DNA of 64,000 bases, from the NCBI GenBank assembly GCA_902800305.1, contig CADCDP010000009.1, positions 61,734 through 125,733 of the forward strand, written 5' to 3'. The DNA is from an uncultured Bacteroidales bacterium. Its GTDB lineage: Bacteria > Bacteroidota > Bacteroidia > Bacteroidales > Bacteroidaceae. Positions 19,515 to 28,160 of this stretch are shown here, one piece after another; positions within the stretch are counted from its first letter, which is position 1, and each line of letters opens with the position of its first letter. The notes under the pieces are model-generated. The model searched no databases and was not told the origin of the DNA. It worked only from the letters and a program-made list of their open reading frames with translations. A program made the position numbers and the translations under genes.

Positions 19515-19588
19515 TGATCCGGTTGGGATTCGAACCCAAGACCCACAGCTTAGAAGGCTGTTGCTCTATCCAGCTGAGCTACCGGACC
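19515..19588 (-). tRNA. tRNA-Arg (anticodon TCT)
   Basis: The minus strand reads GGTCCGG-TA-GCTC-AGCTGGATA-GAGC-A-ACAGC-CTTCTAA-GCTGT-GGGTC-TTGGG-TTCGAAT-CCCAA-CCGGATC-A. This folds into a cloverleaf with one G-U pair in the acceptor stem and a TCT anticodon in a 7-nt loop. CCA is not encoded. Confidence 0.9.
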
Positions 19589-19664
19589 ATCCTCTACCGG
19601 ACTTTGTGCAGAAATAACCGCACAAACACATTTGCACAGGCAGTACCCACGCAATTTGCGGATG

Positions 19665-19672
19665 CAAAGGTA
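19665..19672 (-). promoter_or_regulatory. -7 box TACCTTTG (minus strand) upstream of tRNA-Arg
   Basis: Plus-strand caaaggta, about 77 nt upstream of the mature tRNA 5' end. A second identical box lies at 19820-19827. Confidence 0.4.
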
Positions 19673-19845
19673 CGCTTTTTATTCCATTCCCACAAATATA
19701 ATCGGAATTATTTTTCTTGATGGGACGATTTTTCGCAAACAATCAGAGAAACAAGGTCTTTTTGTTCTTGTTTAATCTTTATTGTGACGTTTTCATGTCG
19801 TGCTCCGAAGAACACGTAGCAAAGGTATTCCGTTTTCTGGAACAC

Positions 19846-20316
19846 CTAAAATTCACCAGCATAATAACTCTGAGCGATGTATGGAGAAGGCTCATAGTAG
19901 GCACTGCTATTATAATTGTCGATGGTCTCACAAATCGGATTGTTATAAACCCGAAGGATAGCGTCAGCAAAGTCTTCGCCATCCTGTAGCGTGGAAAGTA
20001 TCAAACGTTTATACACTTTCCCCATCTGTGTCTCGGTCGGGATACGGTTACAAAGTTCCGTATTCACAGCAGTCACGTCATAAAGCCCTTTCTGCAAGTC
20101 AAACTCCTCTATCCATTCAGCAGCCACAGCCAAAGGATTCTCCGAATGCAGCACACTGGCAAGCGACAACTTCTTCGCCAGCTCATCATGTCCCATCCTA
20201 TTCGCCACATATTTATTAGGTTGTTTCAACTGACGGGCAACCCTTTCAATCATGTAGCAAACAAAATACAAGTCATTCACTGTGACCTCTTCATCTGGGA
20301 AATACACATTCTTCAT
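19846..20316 (-). CDS. Hypothetical protein, DUF3791-like (tentative), partner of the DUF3990-like gene
   Basis: 156 aa. Its start overlaps the stop of the upstream gene by 4 nt. The family call is a weak recollection only (LASVLHSENPLAVAAEWIEEF region). Confidence 0.4.
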   Translation of the reverse strand: MKNVYFPDEEVTVNDLYFVCYMIERVARQLKQPNKYVANRMGHDELAKKLSLASVLHSENPLAVAAEWIEEFDLQKGLYDVTAVNTELCNRIPTETQMGKVYKRLILSTLQDGEDFADAILRVYNNPICETIDNYNSSAYYEPSPYIAQSYYAGEF

Positions 20317-20798
20317 AGGCTGTAACTCCTTTCATACTTGAGGGTCTTCAATGCCCTATTGGTACAGAACACTATCTGATGAGTCGGGTACTTGAACTTA
20401 ACCAGCACCCAGAAAGCCTCCCTCGTGATGCTACCATCCATAAAGTCCTCTACATAATCCCATATCTGGTCATCAGCCATAGGACCTTCCACAATGTCAT
20501 AGTCATGCTTCACGCCCCGACGACATGCCACCACAAAATCAAGCCACTCATCTGTCATCTCGGGGAATGAAAGAACATTCATCTTCTCATCAATGGTATA
20601 TTGATACACAGAAACAACATGTTCAAACCTTTTCGTCAAAGCCCATTTCTGCGCCTGCTTCTCCAAATTGGTACAATAAAATCCATAGCCAAAGTCCTTA
20701 TTAAAGCCTCTGACAAGAATTTCAGGCACTTCAACTTTCACGTTGCTGCCATGATATAATGTAACACTTTCTTTCATCAAGGGCAAAGGTACAAACAT
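20313..20798 (-). CDS. DUF3990-like protein
   Basis: 161 aa. LYHGSNVKVEVPEI...NKDFGYGFYCTNLEKQAQKWA matches my recollection of the DUF3990 N-terminal signature. Confidence 0.55.
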   Translation of the reverse strand: MFVPLPLMKESVTLYHGSNVKVEVPEILVRGFNKDFGYGFYCTNLEKQAQKWALTKRFEHVVSVYQYTIDEKMNVLSFPEMTDEWLDFVVACRRGVKHDYDIVEGPMADDQIWDYVEDFMDGSITREAFWVLVKFKYPTHQIVFCTNRALKTLKYERSYSL

Positions 20799-21019
20799 TT
20801 TTCTTCACAAGCAAACAAAAACAAGAAATTTGTACGCTATAACTTATTCGTCACAAAGTTCCTCGTAAAAATCGTATATCCAAGTGGTGGGCCTGTCCGT
20901 GTCTACCAAGGTCTCTGGTGACAACTAAGCCCAATGTCCTCCCACAACTGTGCATGAATACTACTAATATTTGTACATACGAGCAGTTATATCTATCTTT
21001 ATGTTCGGTTAATTATCTA

Positions 21020-21283
21020 TCACCATTCTCTACCCCAGCAAGCCTCTGGGTCATCCTCAAAAGCGTCACGATAACTGCACCCCCAATCACGAGTTTCTCG
21101 ATAGGCTTCACGCATCTGATTCATCAATGAACGCCATTCAGAAATTGTATCATGACCAATCTTTGGCAAACAGGGGTCCTCTTCCTCAACATACGAGTCA
21201 AGATAGTCCCAAATGTAGTCCATATCCTTCAGACCCATTCCTGGTTTCATCTCCTTCTTTGCTGGAATTTTCATTGTACTCAT
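21020..21283 (-). CDS. Small acidic, Trp-rich hypothetical protein (87 aa) co-transcribed with the aspartic-protease-like gene
   Basis: 12-nt gap after the upstream gene. No recognisable motifs. Confidence 0.4.
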   Translation of the reverse strand: MSTMKIPAKKEMKPGMGLKDMDYIWDYLDSYVEEEDPCLPKIGHDTISEWRSLMNQMREAYRETRDWGCSYRDAFEDDPEACWGREW

Positions 21284-21295
21284 GTTCTCATCAAA

Positions 21296-22195
21296 TTAAA
21301 TGGTTTGACACTTACGTTTATATATCACTTTCTGGGCAAAGTCCAACACCCAGCCTTGCTTGGCCATAAAGGGCGAGCCAATCAGCCCTTCGAGGGGCTG
21401 ACACTCTTGTTCATGCACATATCCCTCCATGATTGGATGGTTAATAACAAAAAATGAATCATGAAAGAGAACGCCTTCCGTACCATTTGCCCGAAGCGTC
21501 AGGAGCTGAAAACGCACATTAGCACTTACAACATCAGACCTCCCTTTCAACCCGTTCAAAGCGTTATTCTCACCCGTGTATTCACAATTCAAATGGCATT
21601 GACTGATGCAATCAGTTGACACAACATTTGCAATACTGCCAGTATCGGCAATGACTGCCACATCCTTGTCCTCATGATGGATGGCCAGCACAGGAACACC
21701 ATAGTTCTTCAGTCCAATTTCCATCGGGAACATGAACTCACAATCACTTGAACAGAGATTCGCATGCGACACATTTGAGGTGTGCACGGTAAAGGTACTG
21801 TAATCAATGGCAAGTCCGTGCTTTTGCATAAATTCATTACCCAACAAGCCAATGATCGGCACATTATCGATAGTACCAAGGTGGTAATCCTTTTTGATGC
21901 CAAAATCCTCACTAAATTGTTTACCACCAAAAGCAAACGAAAAGTGTACATTGTCGGCAATCACTACTTCGCCCACACAATCTGTTATCTCCAACTCAGA
22001 ATCTTCATATCTGCACAATTCGCCAATATATCTATCTGCTGAGTTCGAAAGGAAATTAACATTACTCCCAGAATCTAGCATCATAAATCCTGTATGCTCC
22101 ACTGCATCCTTATCCACATAATACACCTCAATGAATGGATTCAAGTCGCCTTCCACTCTAAACATTTCCACTTTGATTTCTTTTTCTTTTTTCAT
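21296..22195 (-). CDS. Tandem (two-lobe) retropepsin-like aspartic protease
   Basis: There are two D-S/T-G-S motifs (FMMLDSGSNVNF and AVIADTGSIANV). Each is followed about 70-100 aa later by an I/L-G-x-x-F motif (IIGLLGNEFMQKHGLAIDY and LIGSPFMAKQGWVLDF). I moved the start to Met14 (22195) because a TACCTTTG box at 22222-22229 lies inside the longer ORF. Confidence 0.6.
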   Translation of the reverse strand: MKKEKEIKVEMFRVEGDLNPFIEVYYVDKDAVEHTGFMMLDSGSNVNFLSNSADRYIGELCRYEDSELEITDCVGEVVIADNVHFSFAFGGKQFSEDFGIKKDYHLGTIDNVPIIGLLGNEFMQKHGLAIDYSTFTVHTSNVSHANLCSSDCEFMFPMEIGLKNYGVPVLAIHHEDKDVAVIADTGSIANVVSTDCISQCHLNCEYTGENNALNGLKGRSDVVSANVRFQLLTLRANGTEGVLFHDSFFVINHPIMEGYVHEQECQPLEGLIGSPFMAKQGWVLDFAQKVIYKRKCQTI

Positions 22196-22221
22196 GTTGC
22201 GCTCGTTTTGGTTTGACGAGG

Positions 22222-22229
22222 CAAAGGTA
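22222..22229 (-). promoter_or_regulatory. -7 box TACCTTTG (minus strand) for the protease-like gene
   Basis: Plus-strand caaaggta, about 27 nt upstream of the ATG at 22195. Confidence 0.5.
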
Positions 22230-22268
22230 CACATTGTGGATTATTGTTCCTAACGATATAGTATCAAG

Positions 22269-22295
22269 AATGGTTCTTTTCTTTGAAGAACCATT
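22269..22295 (-). terminator. 10-bp perfect hairpin directly after the WYL gene stop
   Basis: aatggttctt-ttctttg-aagaaccatt, 6 nt downstream of the stop at 22301-22303. No clear U-tract. Confidence 0.5.
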
Positions 22296-22300
22296 TCCCA

Positions 22301-23371
22301 CTATCCATAATAGCCAGACATGGTCTTCACAGACTCTCTTATCTTGTTTACCAAACTTTCTGGCGACATCACTCTCAGTTCCTCTCCATAAGTCAGAATC
22401 TTACCTCTCAACTCACGATTATGCTCCACATTTAGTACATACTCACCATAAGTGCCATCATCATGATTTCCATACATCTTCGTTTCTTTTTGGGAATGGT
22501 GAAGTTTCTTGGATTTCATCAACTCATGCATATATAGCGACTGTGTTCTTATGACAACAGGCTCAACACCATTAGTATCTTTCTCATGACTCACCCCTAC
22601 GATGTTCGCAAAGTAATCTTTATATGTGCCAACAGGTGCAGGCAGATATTCTATGCCATCAACAATCTGTGGTTCCGTCTCAATCCTGTCAAGGGCAAAA
22701 TTCGTTACTTTTGTTTTTTTGTCAATATAACCAAACAAGAACCAGCGTCCATTATATTCTTTCAAAAAATGCGGGTGCATAATGATAGCTTCCGGATCTT
22801 TCCCATACGGATGATAAACAAACGAAAGCACGTGCCGATCTGTAATATGCTCGTTTAATATAGGAAGACGTTCTATACCTCGCAATTCTTGCTCCATATT
22901 TGTTTGTATATGAGCAATGCCTGCATCTTTCTCATGTCTCATTTCTAATAGTAATTGGGTGTTCTCAAAGAAGTACGAGAACCATTCCATTGGGAATATA
23001 CCAGAAGACTGCTTGCAGAAACGCACGTAATCTTGGAGAGTACTTTTAACGAACACTTGCTTTTCTTCAAAAAAAGGATCGTCTGACTTTCCTAAATATC
23101 GGAACGTCTTTCCTTTGCCGTATTTGCTTTCCACCACACATCCTGGTTCATAAGCATCCAACGCATTCTTTACACACAGAAAGGCTTTGACTAACTTTCT
23201 ATAATGCTCTTCATTAGACAAAGAATGACTTTTCAGATAATCATCGTCTACAGATGGCTTATAGATTTGATAAACATCCTTATAAGACACCTCCTTCCTT
23301 GTCATCAGCAAACGATATAGTATCCCAATAAACCGGCCTTTTATACCTTCGCAGAGAAACATATTGCTCAT
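22301..23371 (-). CDS. WYL-domain transcriptional regulator (BrxR/CapW-like architecture)
   Basis: 356 aa. The central HPHFLKEYNGRWFLFGYIDKKTKVTNFALDRIE is a WYL-domain signature. The flanking N- and C-terminal regions fit an HTH-WYL-WCX layout. Confidence 0.75.
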   Translation of the reverse strand: MSNMFLCEGIKGRFIGILYRLLMTRKEVSYKDVYQIYKPSVDDDYLKSHSLSNEEHYRKLVKAFLCVKNALDAYEPGCVVESKYGKGKTFRYLGKSDDPFFEEKQVFVKSTLQDYVRFCKQSSGIFPMEWFSYFFENTQLLLEMRHEKDAGIAHIQTNMEQELRGIERLPILNEHITDRHVLSFVYHPYGKDPEAIIMHPHFLKEYNGRWFLFGYIDKKTKVTNFALDRIETEPQIVDGIEYLPAPVGTYKDYFANIVGVSHEKDTNGVEPVVIRTQSLYMHELMKSKKLHHSQKETKMYGNHDDGTYGEYVLNVEHNRELRGKILTYGEELRVMSPESLVNKIRESVKTMSGYYG

Positions 23372-23375
23372 TTTC

Positions 23376-24497
23376 TTACTGGCTCTCGAAATTTAAAAAA
23401 TTAGATTCCATATCTCCATAGATAAATCTTTTTGTATCCGTTTCAGACCTATCGCTAGAACCACATTTATTAATCACGTGTTGAATGTCACGAATAACAT
23501 TCAAGAAAACTAAATAATTATCTCTATCAGAAAGTGAACCGACTGTTGCCCATAACCCTTTAGAGGAATACTTATTATCTTTATCAAAGTAAGTAAATGA
23601 ATTTCCGCTAGCTATCATACGATAATTTGTTATAATATAACGGTCGTGCTGTTCATCTTTTATTGTAGAATCCCTTTTCTTTAGTTCTTTAATGTTAGGT
23701 TTTATAAATGTAACTTTAGCATGATATTCTGTATTTATGTGTTTTTTTATAACATCAAACTCAGGAGAAACAAGGCTGGGAAATTCCTGGTAATATTGAG
23801 TATAAAAAACGATGTTAACCCCTTTGTTCCCATTGCACAATGAATCTATAATCGCATAGATGTTCGTTTTGTATGGATGTTCTTCTTTTTTAGAGAACAC
23901 ATATGGGTCTGAAATAAGAATATCTGTACAAGGAATACCACAATATCCTTCCTTCATCGCCACCCGTCCTTCTTCATCTCTTAAATAATATATCTTAGAA
24001 GGTATGTATTTCTCGTTTATGAATAATTTTTGAAGCGTTTCAACTTCAAACGTTGGAATCGAAGATAGCAACCCCAATTGTTTAATCTTATTGCATTCAT
24101 ATTTCTTTTTACTTTGAAATACGACAGATGTATACCACCTATAATGTTTATCTTCTAATGTGAGCATAGAATCATCTCTAGTACTAAAACCTGGAGATTT
24201 AAGAGAGAATTCTTTCTCGTATTCAATAGAATGTCCATGAGTGCCCTCTGTCATCATACCCATCCAGTGACTTATTTTCACTCTTTTCTCTCTTTCTCTA
24301 TCATCTAATTTATCAATTTGCTCCCTAGAACAATAATCTATCAGTTCTTTTTCAGAAAAAGAAAAGAACAAATCACATTGTTCTTGCAACATATTATCAA
24401 TATCGCGATACTCCCGACATATCCGATTATTGCAATCCATCACCCTGTTTATATAAGATTTCAAATTATCTTTATCAAAATATACATCCATAATCAA
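23376..24497 (-). CDS. Uncharacterised 373-aa protein, the candidate effector partner of the upstream ATPase
   Basis: Start overlaps the ATPase stop by 4 nt (ATGA). AT-rich. I see no HNH, Toprim or PD-(D/E)xK motif. The ordered motifs ILISDPYVF ... VNIVFYTQ ... HDRYIITNYRMIASGNSF resemble the PLD-superfamily MIT_C-type pattern. That is recollection, not a search result. Confidence 0.6.
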   Translation of the reverse strand: MIMDVYFDKDNLKSYINRVMDCNNRICREYRDIDNMLQEQCDLFFSFSEKELIDYCSREQIDKLDDREREKRVKISHWMGMMTEGTHGHSIEYEKEFSLKSPGFSTRDDSMLTLEDKHYRWYTSVVFQSKKKYECNKIKQLGLLSSIPTFEVETLQKLFINEKYIPSKIYYLRDEEGRVAMKEGYCGIPCTDILISDPYVFSKKEEHPYKTNIYAIIDSLCNGNKGVNIVFYTQYYQEFPSLVSPEFDVIKKHINTEYHAKVTFIKPNIKELKKRDSTIKDEQHDRYIITNYRMIASGNSFTYFDKDNKYSSKGLWATVGSLSDRDNYLVFLNVIRDIQHVINKCGSSDRSETDTKRFIYGDMESNFLNFESQ

Positions 24498-26500
24498 AAG
24501 ACTTGTATTGCTAATTCTGTTGCTTCATCAAAGAATCCAAACCCAAAACGTTCATAGAATCTTCCATCTTTACAATACCTCATATCGTAAGGCTTCGTTT
24601 TCTTATCATTCTTAGAAGGGAAATAATAAGTCCGAAAGGGAATATCATTTATATTCCCTCCATTCTTGCAATATTCCTTTACCAAGACTTGGGACTTTCT
24701 TATAATATACTCAGAATGAGTCTCCACAAGAATCTTTAGAGTTGCATTATGGCTTTGGTTTAAATAGACCTTGTCTATTATGACCCGATGATTTCCAGTC
24801 GAAATCTCAGCAAACAAATCAGATAGGTCTATTAAAAAGTTAGCAATATGGCTTTGTAACATTGGATGAAGATTTTGTTCAGGCTCTTCTATCAGAACAA
24901 TGGGGGAATATGCATTCCCTGCATTTGCATCAACAATGACCATCAGTTGCAAACAGAGGATAAAGAAATGTATTGTACCAGATCCCATGTCACAAAGATC
25001 CGTTTCTTTTCCGTAATCATTTATTATTTTGACCATGTATGAATTACTTGTATGGTCTTTTCGGATAATAAAATCCTGCCCCATTTCCATTCTGTCAAGC
25101 CATTTGTTAACGAATTGATGGTAAATTTTTTCATTATTATACCAATTATTCTCATAATAACACCTAATGGCTCCCTCCACTATTTCAGCAGGCATAAAAC
25201 TATTAATCTGACGAATGATGTTAATTGCATCATATGGTTCCATGGAATTTGGAAATAGTGGGTTCTCATCATATATTTTTTTTGCAATGGGGGCAAACAC
25301 ACGTAATCTTGTAACTGCACTACTTGTTGTTACAGCCTTATCAACCGATGAATACATATCATTTGCAGCATCCTGTTGCGATTCGGAAAGACTTTTGTCT
25401 ACGTATAAGGTATTCATCAGAGGAATCATGAGAGTGTCAAAACCTCCAGAATGTTCAGATTCTTCTGGAGTGTCTTTGTCAAGTTCATTTGTAAGGTACG
25501 TTTTTGATAAAAGATCTGCAATTTCAATTGTTGCAGATTCCTTATTAAAGACAAACCTAGAAGCATTACTAATGTTACACAAAACAATCTCTTCAATAAT
25601 TGCATTGTTCTTTATCATCAATGAGATATTCCACAGTCCAGAAGTTATTCTCAACTCTATAGGTTGCGAAGAAGGTGTATAAATGTTATGGTACTTTTGA
25701 TAATTTTCTGCTTGCTTTTCATATTTATCACTTTCGTCAAAGCGAAAGAATGGTTGTCCTTCGGATGTGAAGCTTAAATTGTACAAATTACTTGTCAACA
25801 TCTCTATAGCATCCAGCAATGTGGATTTTCCTGCATTGTTCTTTCCCACCAAGAAAGTAATTCTACTTGACAAGTCAATCTTTGCCGCTTCTATATATTT
25901 TTTAAAATTTGTCACTTCAATTTTATCAATGGAGTTGGGACTTTCTTCAATTTTTTTGTTGTTCATCTCAGACAACTCATTCCTTAATTTTTCCAAGAAA
26001 ATACCAACTGTTACACCATTTATTTCGCTTGGTATATGTTTTCTATTCTTTCCATAAAAATTCCACAAGATATCATATTGAGGTGCTACAAGTTCTTCTA
26101 TTTTCACTTTATCATCAATCTTGTACATACCTATGATTCCCCATTTCTTCTTACCTTCAATAATCCTATATACACGTGCAAGACCTCCATCAAAGCCGTC
26201 AATGAAATCATATTCATGTGGAATATTGATTTCTTTAACATCATTAAAGCCTTTTATCTCAATTACACCTCGAACATAATTATCACTTTTTTCTGAATAT
26301 TTGTTGTAGGTCGCAACAATTGGCAAGCCATACCGTGTGTTACATCTTGATGGAAGTAAAGACGTATAACCATTCTTTTTTGCTGCAACAAGAATATACA
26401 CATCAGCTTCATTACCTGTTTTCTTTTTTCGGAGACCGTAATAAGACCCTCCGTTATAGGTAACAATGCTATTTTCTTCCAATTTGTTTATTTCTTTCAT
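24494..26500 (-). CDS. WG-repeat N-terminal domain fused to an ABC-type (AAA_15/DUF3696-like) ATPase
   Basis: 668 aa.
- Walker A: FLVGKNNAGKSTLLDAIE
- Signature-like motif: DMGSGTIHFF
- Walker B: PIVLIEEPEQNLHP
- H-loop: VETHSEYIIR
- C-terminal motif: FGFGFFDEATE
- N-terminal region: YDFIDGFDGGLARVYRIIEGKKKWGIIG, which resembles WG beta-repeats. Confidence 0.8.
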   Translation of the reverse strand: MKEINKLEENSIVTYNGGSYYGLRKKKTGNEADVYILVAAKKNGYTSLLPSRCNTRYGLPIVATYNKYSEKSDNYVRGVIEIKGFNDVKEINIPHEYDFIDGFDGGLARVYRIIEGKKKWGIIGMYKIDDKVKIEELVAPQYDILWNFYGKNRKHIPSEINGVTVGIFLEKLRNELSEMNNKKIEESPNSIDKIEVTNFKKYIEAAKIDLSSRITFLVGKNNAGKSTLLDAIEMLTSNLYNLSFTSEGQPFFRFDESDKYEKQAENYQKYHNIYTPSSQPIELRITSGLWNISLMIKNNAIIEEIVLCNISNASRFVFNKESATIEIADLLSKTYLTNELDKDTPEESEHSGGFDTLMIPLMNTLYVDKSLSESQQDAANDMYSSVDKAVTTSSAVTRLRVFAPIAKKIYDENPLFPNSMEPYDAINIIRQINSFMPAEIVEGAIRCYYENNWYNNEKIYHQFVNKWLDRMEMGQDFIIRKDHTSNSYMVKIINDYGKETDLCDMGSGTIHFFILCLQLMVIVDANAGNAYSPIVLIEEPEQNLHPMLQSHIANFLIDLSDLFAEISTGNHRVIIDKVYLNQSHNATLKILVETHSEYIIRKSQVLVKEYCKNGGNINDIPFRTYYFPSKNDKKTKPYDMRYCKDGRFYERFGFGFFDEATELAIQVF

Positions 26501-26524
26501 ATCTGCTTGATTTCAAATTTTTCT

Positions 26525-26532
26525 GCAAAATT
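26525..26532 (-). promoter_or_regulatory. -7 box TAATTTTG (minus strand) for the ATPase operon
   Basis: Plus-strand caaaatta, about 25 nt upstream of the ATG at 26500. Confidence 0.5.
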
Positions 26533-26954
26533 ACAGAAAGACATTTATATCTGCGTCATTTTATGGAAATCAAATAGTTCTTTTTTATCAGGAACCATTT
26601 TTATATTTCTTCTTCTTTTTCCTTTGACAGCAGATAGTCGCTCTACCAATCGCATCTTACCGTCAGCAGCTTGAAGTTTCAACTGGTTACAATTTGTCAC
26701 CGTTTCATTTCCATTTTCTCCGAGGCAGTTGTATTGCTTGTTTCTTGGTCATGTTTTGTTGCTTTCAGATTGTTATTAATTTTCCGTGTGCAAATATAAT
26801 ATGTCTATCGAAGAAAAACAAATAGTAAGGGAGGAAAATACAATAATCCCATAAGAAAAACTGCTATGAACCATCTTATCGCAGCACCTGGTAGTGCGAG
26901 GAAGGTGGAGAATGGCCTTGTAGAGAAGTGGTGAGTGGAAGCAATGGCTTAGTT

Positions 26955-27101
26955 GGTTACAGTTACAGTTGTTACAGTTAAAAAAAGGGGTATGGTATTC
27001 CTTTAAATACTTTATAAATTATTAATATATAAATAGTTATATATATAATATAAGGGATGGCACCCCTCAAAAAAACAACTGTAACAACTGTAACTGTAAC
27101 C
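26955..27101. repeat. Perfect 25-bp inverted repeat (ggttacagttacagttgttacagtt / aactgtaacaactgtaactgtaacc) flanking a 97-bp very AT-rich spacer
   Basis: 26955-26979 is the exact reverse complement of 27077-27101. Each arm holds three GTTACAG-like iterations. Confidence 0.9.
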
Positions 27102-27452
27102 GCAGACCTATAATTTTTTATTTAAAAGGCTAAGAATCAACAAGGTACAACATTATTAAACACAAGATTCTCAAGATACTAACCCTCGTAAGGTTACAAA
27201 AAGCGTGGAATTTCGGCTATTTTAGGCCTCGAAAGGCTTGTTTTAACCTCATTTTCGATGCTTTTTCCCTCTCTTTGCGAACGTATGAGCGACGCGGAAT
27301 TTCACTATTTCGTCCTCATTTGGAAGGAACTTTGTGGACAAATGGCCTATCTGGTGGCATACAACAGGAAAAACAGCCATAATCGATGTCGTCGGCATCG
27401 GGTGACCGACGCCAACGACATTGATTCAGGAGATTACATCTTTACATGAGTG

Positions 27453-28106
27453 TTATACTTGCGAGATGTCTTCCTCGTCATCCATAAAGAACTTCTCTGA
27501 TTTTGCCTTTGAAAAATGCACACCTTCGGCCAACTTTTCGTAAAATACACTACGTGCTAATTTCTCTTTCAAGAACATACACTTCGTACCTTTGCTATCG
27601 GAACGGAAATTCATGCTATGGTCTATTCCCATGTTTTTGGCTACAGCCAGCGCATCTTGGTTGGCTCCAATATAGGTGAAAAGCCAGTTCGTTTTTTTCA
27701 GTTCCTCCACTAATTGAAGGATTTGCTGACGATTCCACTCGATGGAAGAGTTCTCGTACCCGTCTGTAATGATGGTCACCAGTACATTGTCATCCTCTTC
27801 GATATGACGGCGCAAGTGAGTGATGGAATTGCCCATCGCATCGTAGAGCGGTGTGTTGTCTGTCGGCTGGTAATCCCTTTCGTTGAAGTCTGGCACATTT
27901 GCAATGGGCATGCGGTCATACACGGTGGTGATGCTGCTACCATTAAACACAACCAGGCTTAGCAATTGTTCTTGATTCGCATTCTTCTCTTGCGCAGAAC
28001 GGATGGTCTGAACGGTTTCTACTACGCCAGCAATGGCTTCTTGGCGAATGGCATACATGGAGCCAGAGGCATCCAATACGATTAAGTTATAAATTTTCTG
28101 TTTCAT
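27453..28106 (-). CDS. Stand-alone von Willebrand factor A (vWA) domain protein
   Basis: 217 aa. MIDAS-type LIVLDASGSM at the N-terminus and VTIITDGYEN. No signal peptide or TM. Confidence 0.75.
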   Translation of the reverse strand: MKQKIYNLIVLDASGSMYAIRQEAIAGVVETVQTIRSAQEKNANQEQLLSLVVFNGSSITTVYDRMPIANVPDFNERDYQPTDNTPLYDAMGNSITHLRRHIEEDDNVLVTIITDGYENSSIEWNRQQILQLVEELKKTNWLFTYIGANQDALAVAKNMGIDHSMNFRSDSKGTKCMFLKEKLARSVFYEKLAEGVHFSKAKSEKFFMDDEEDISQV

Positions 28107-28160
28107 GTTGTTGAATTGTTTTTGGATTAATAATCAATTTTTTCAACTTTCGTATGTATC

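Noticed and set aside
26590-26752. Minus-strand fragment translating to ...ETVTNCNQLKLQAADGKMRLVERLSAV..., reminiscent of Bro-N/RhuM-type antirepressor or virulence-protein segments. This could be a pseudogene remnant.
   Set aside because: It covers only about 50 codons between stops and has no credible start. The similarity is a vague recollection of an AADGK-type motif, which is too weak to call without a database search.
27258-27449. 63-aa plus-strand ORF in the long intergenic gap. Also 30287..30478.
   Set aside because: No promoter box and a Cys/Arg/His-rich composition. The first overlaps a terminator-like hairpin region downstream of the vWA gene.
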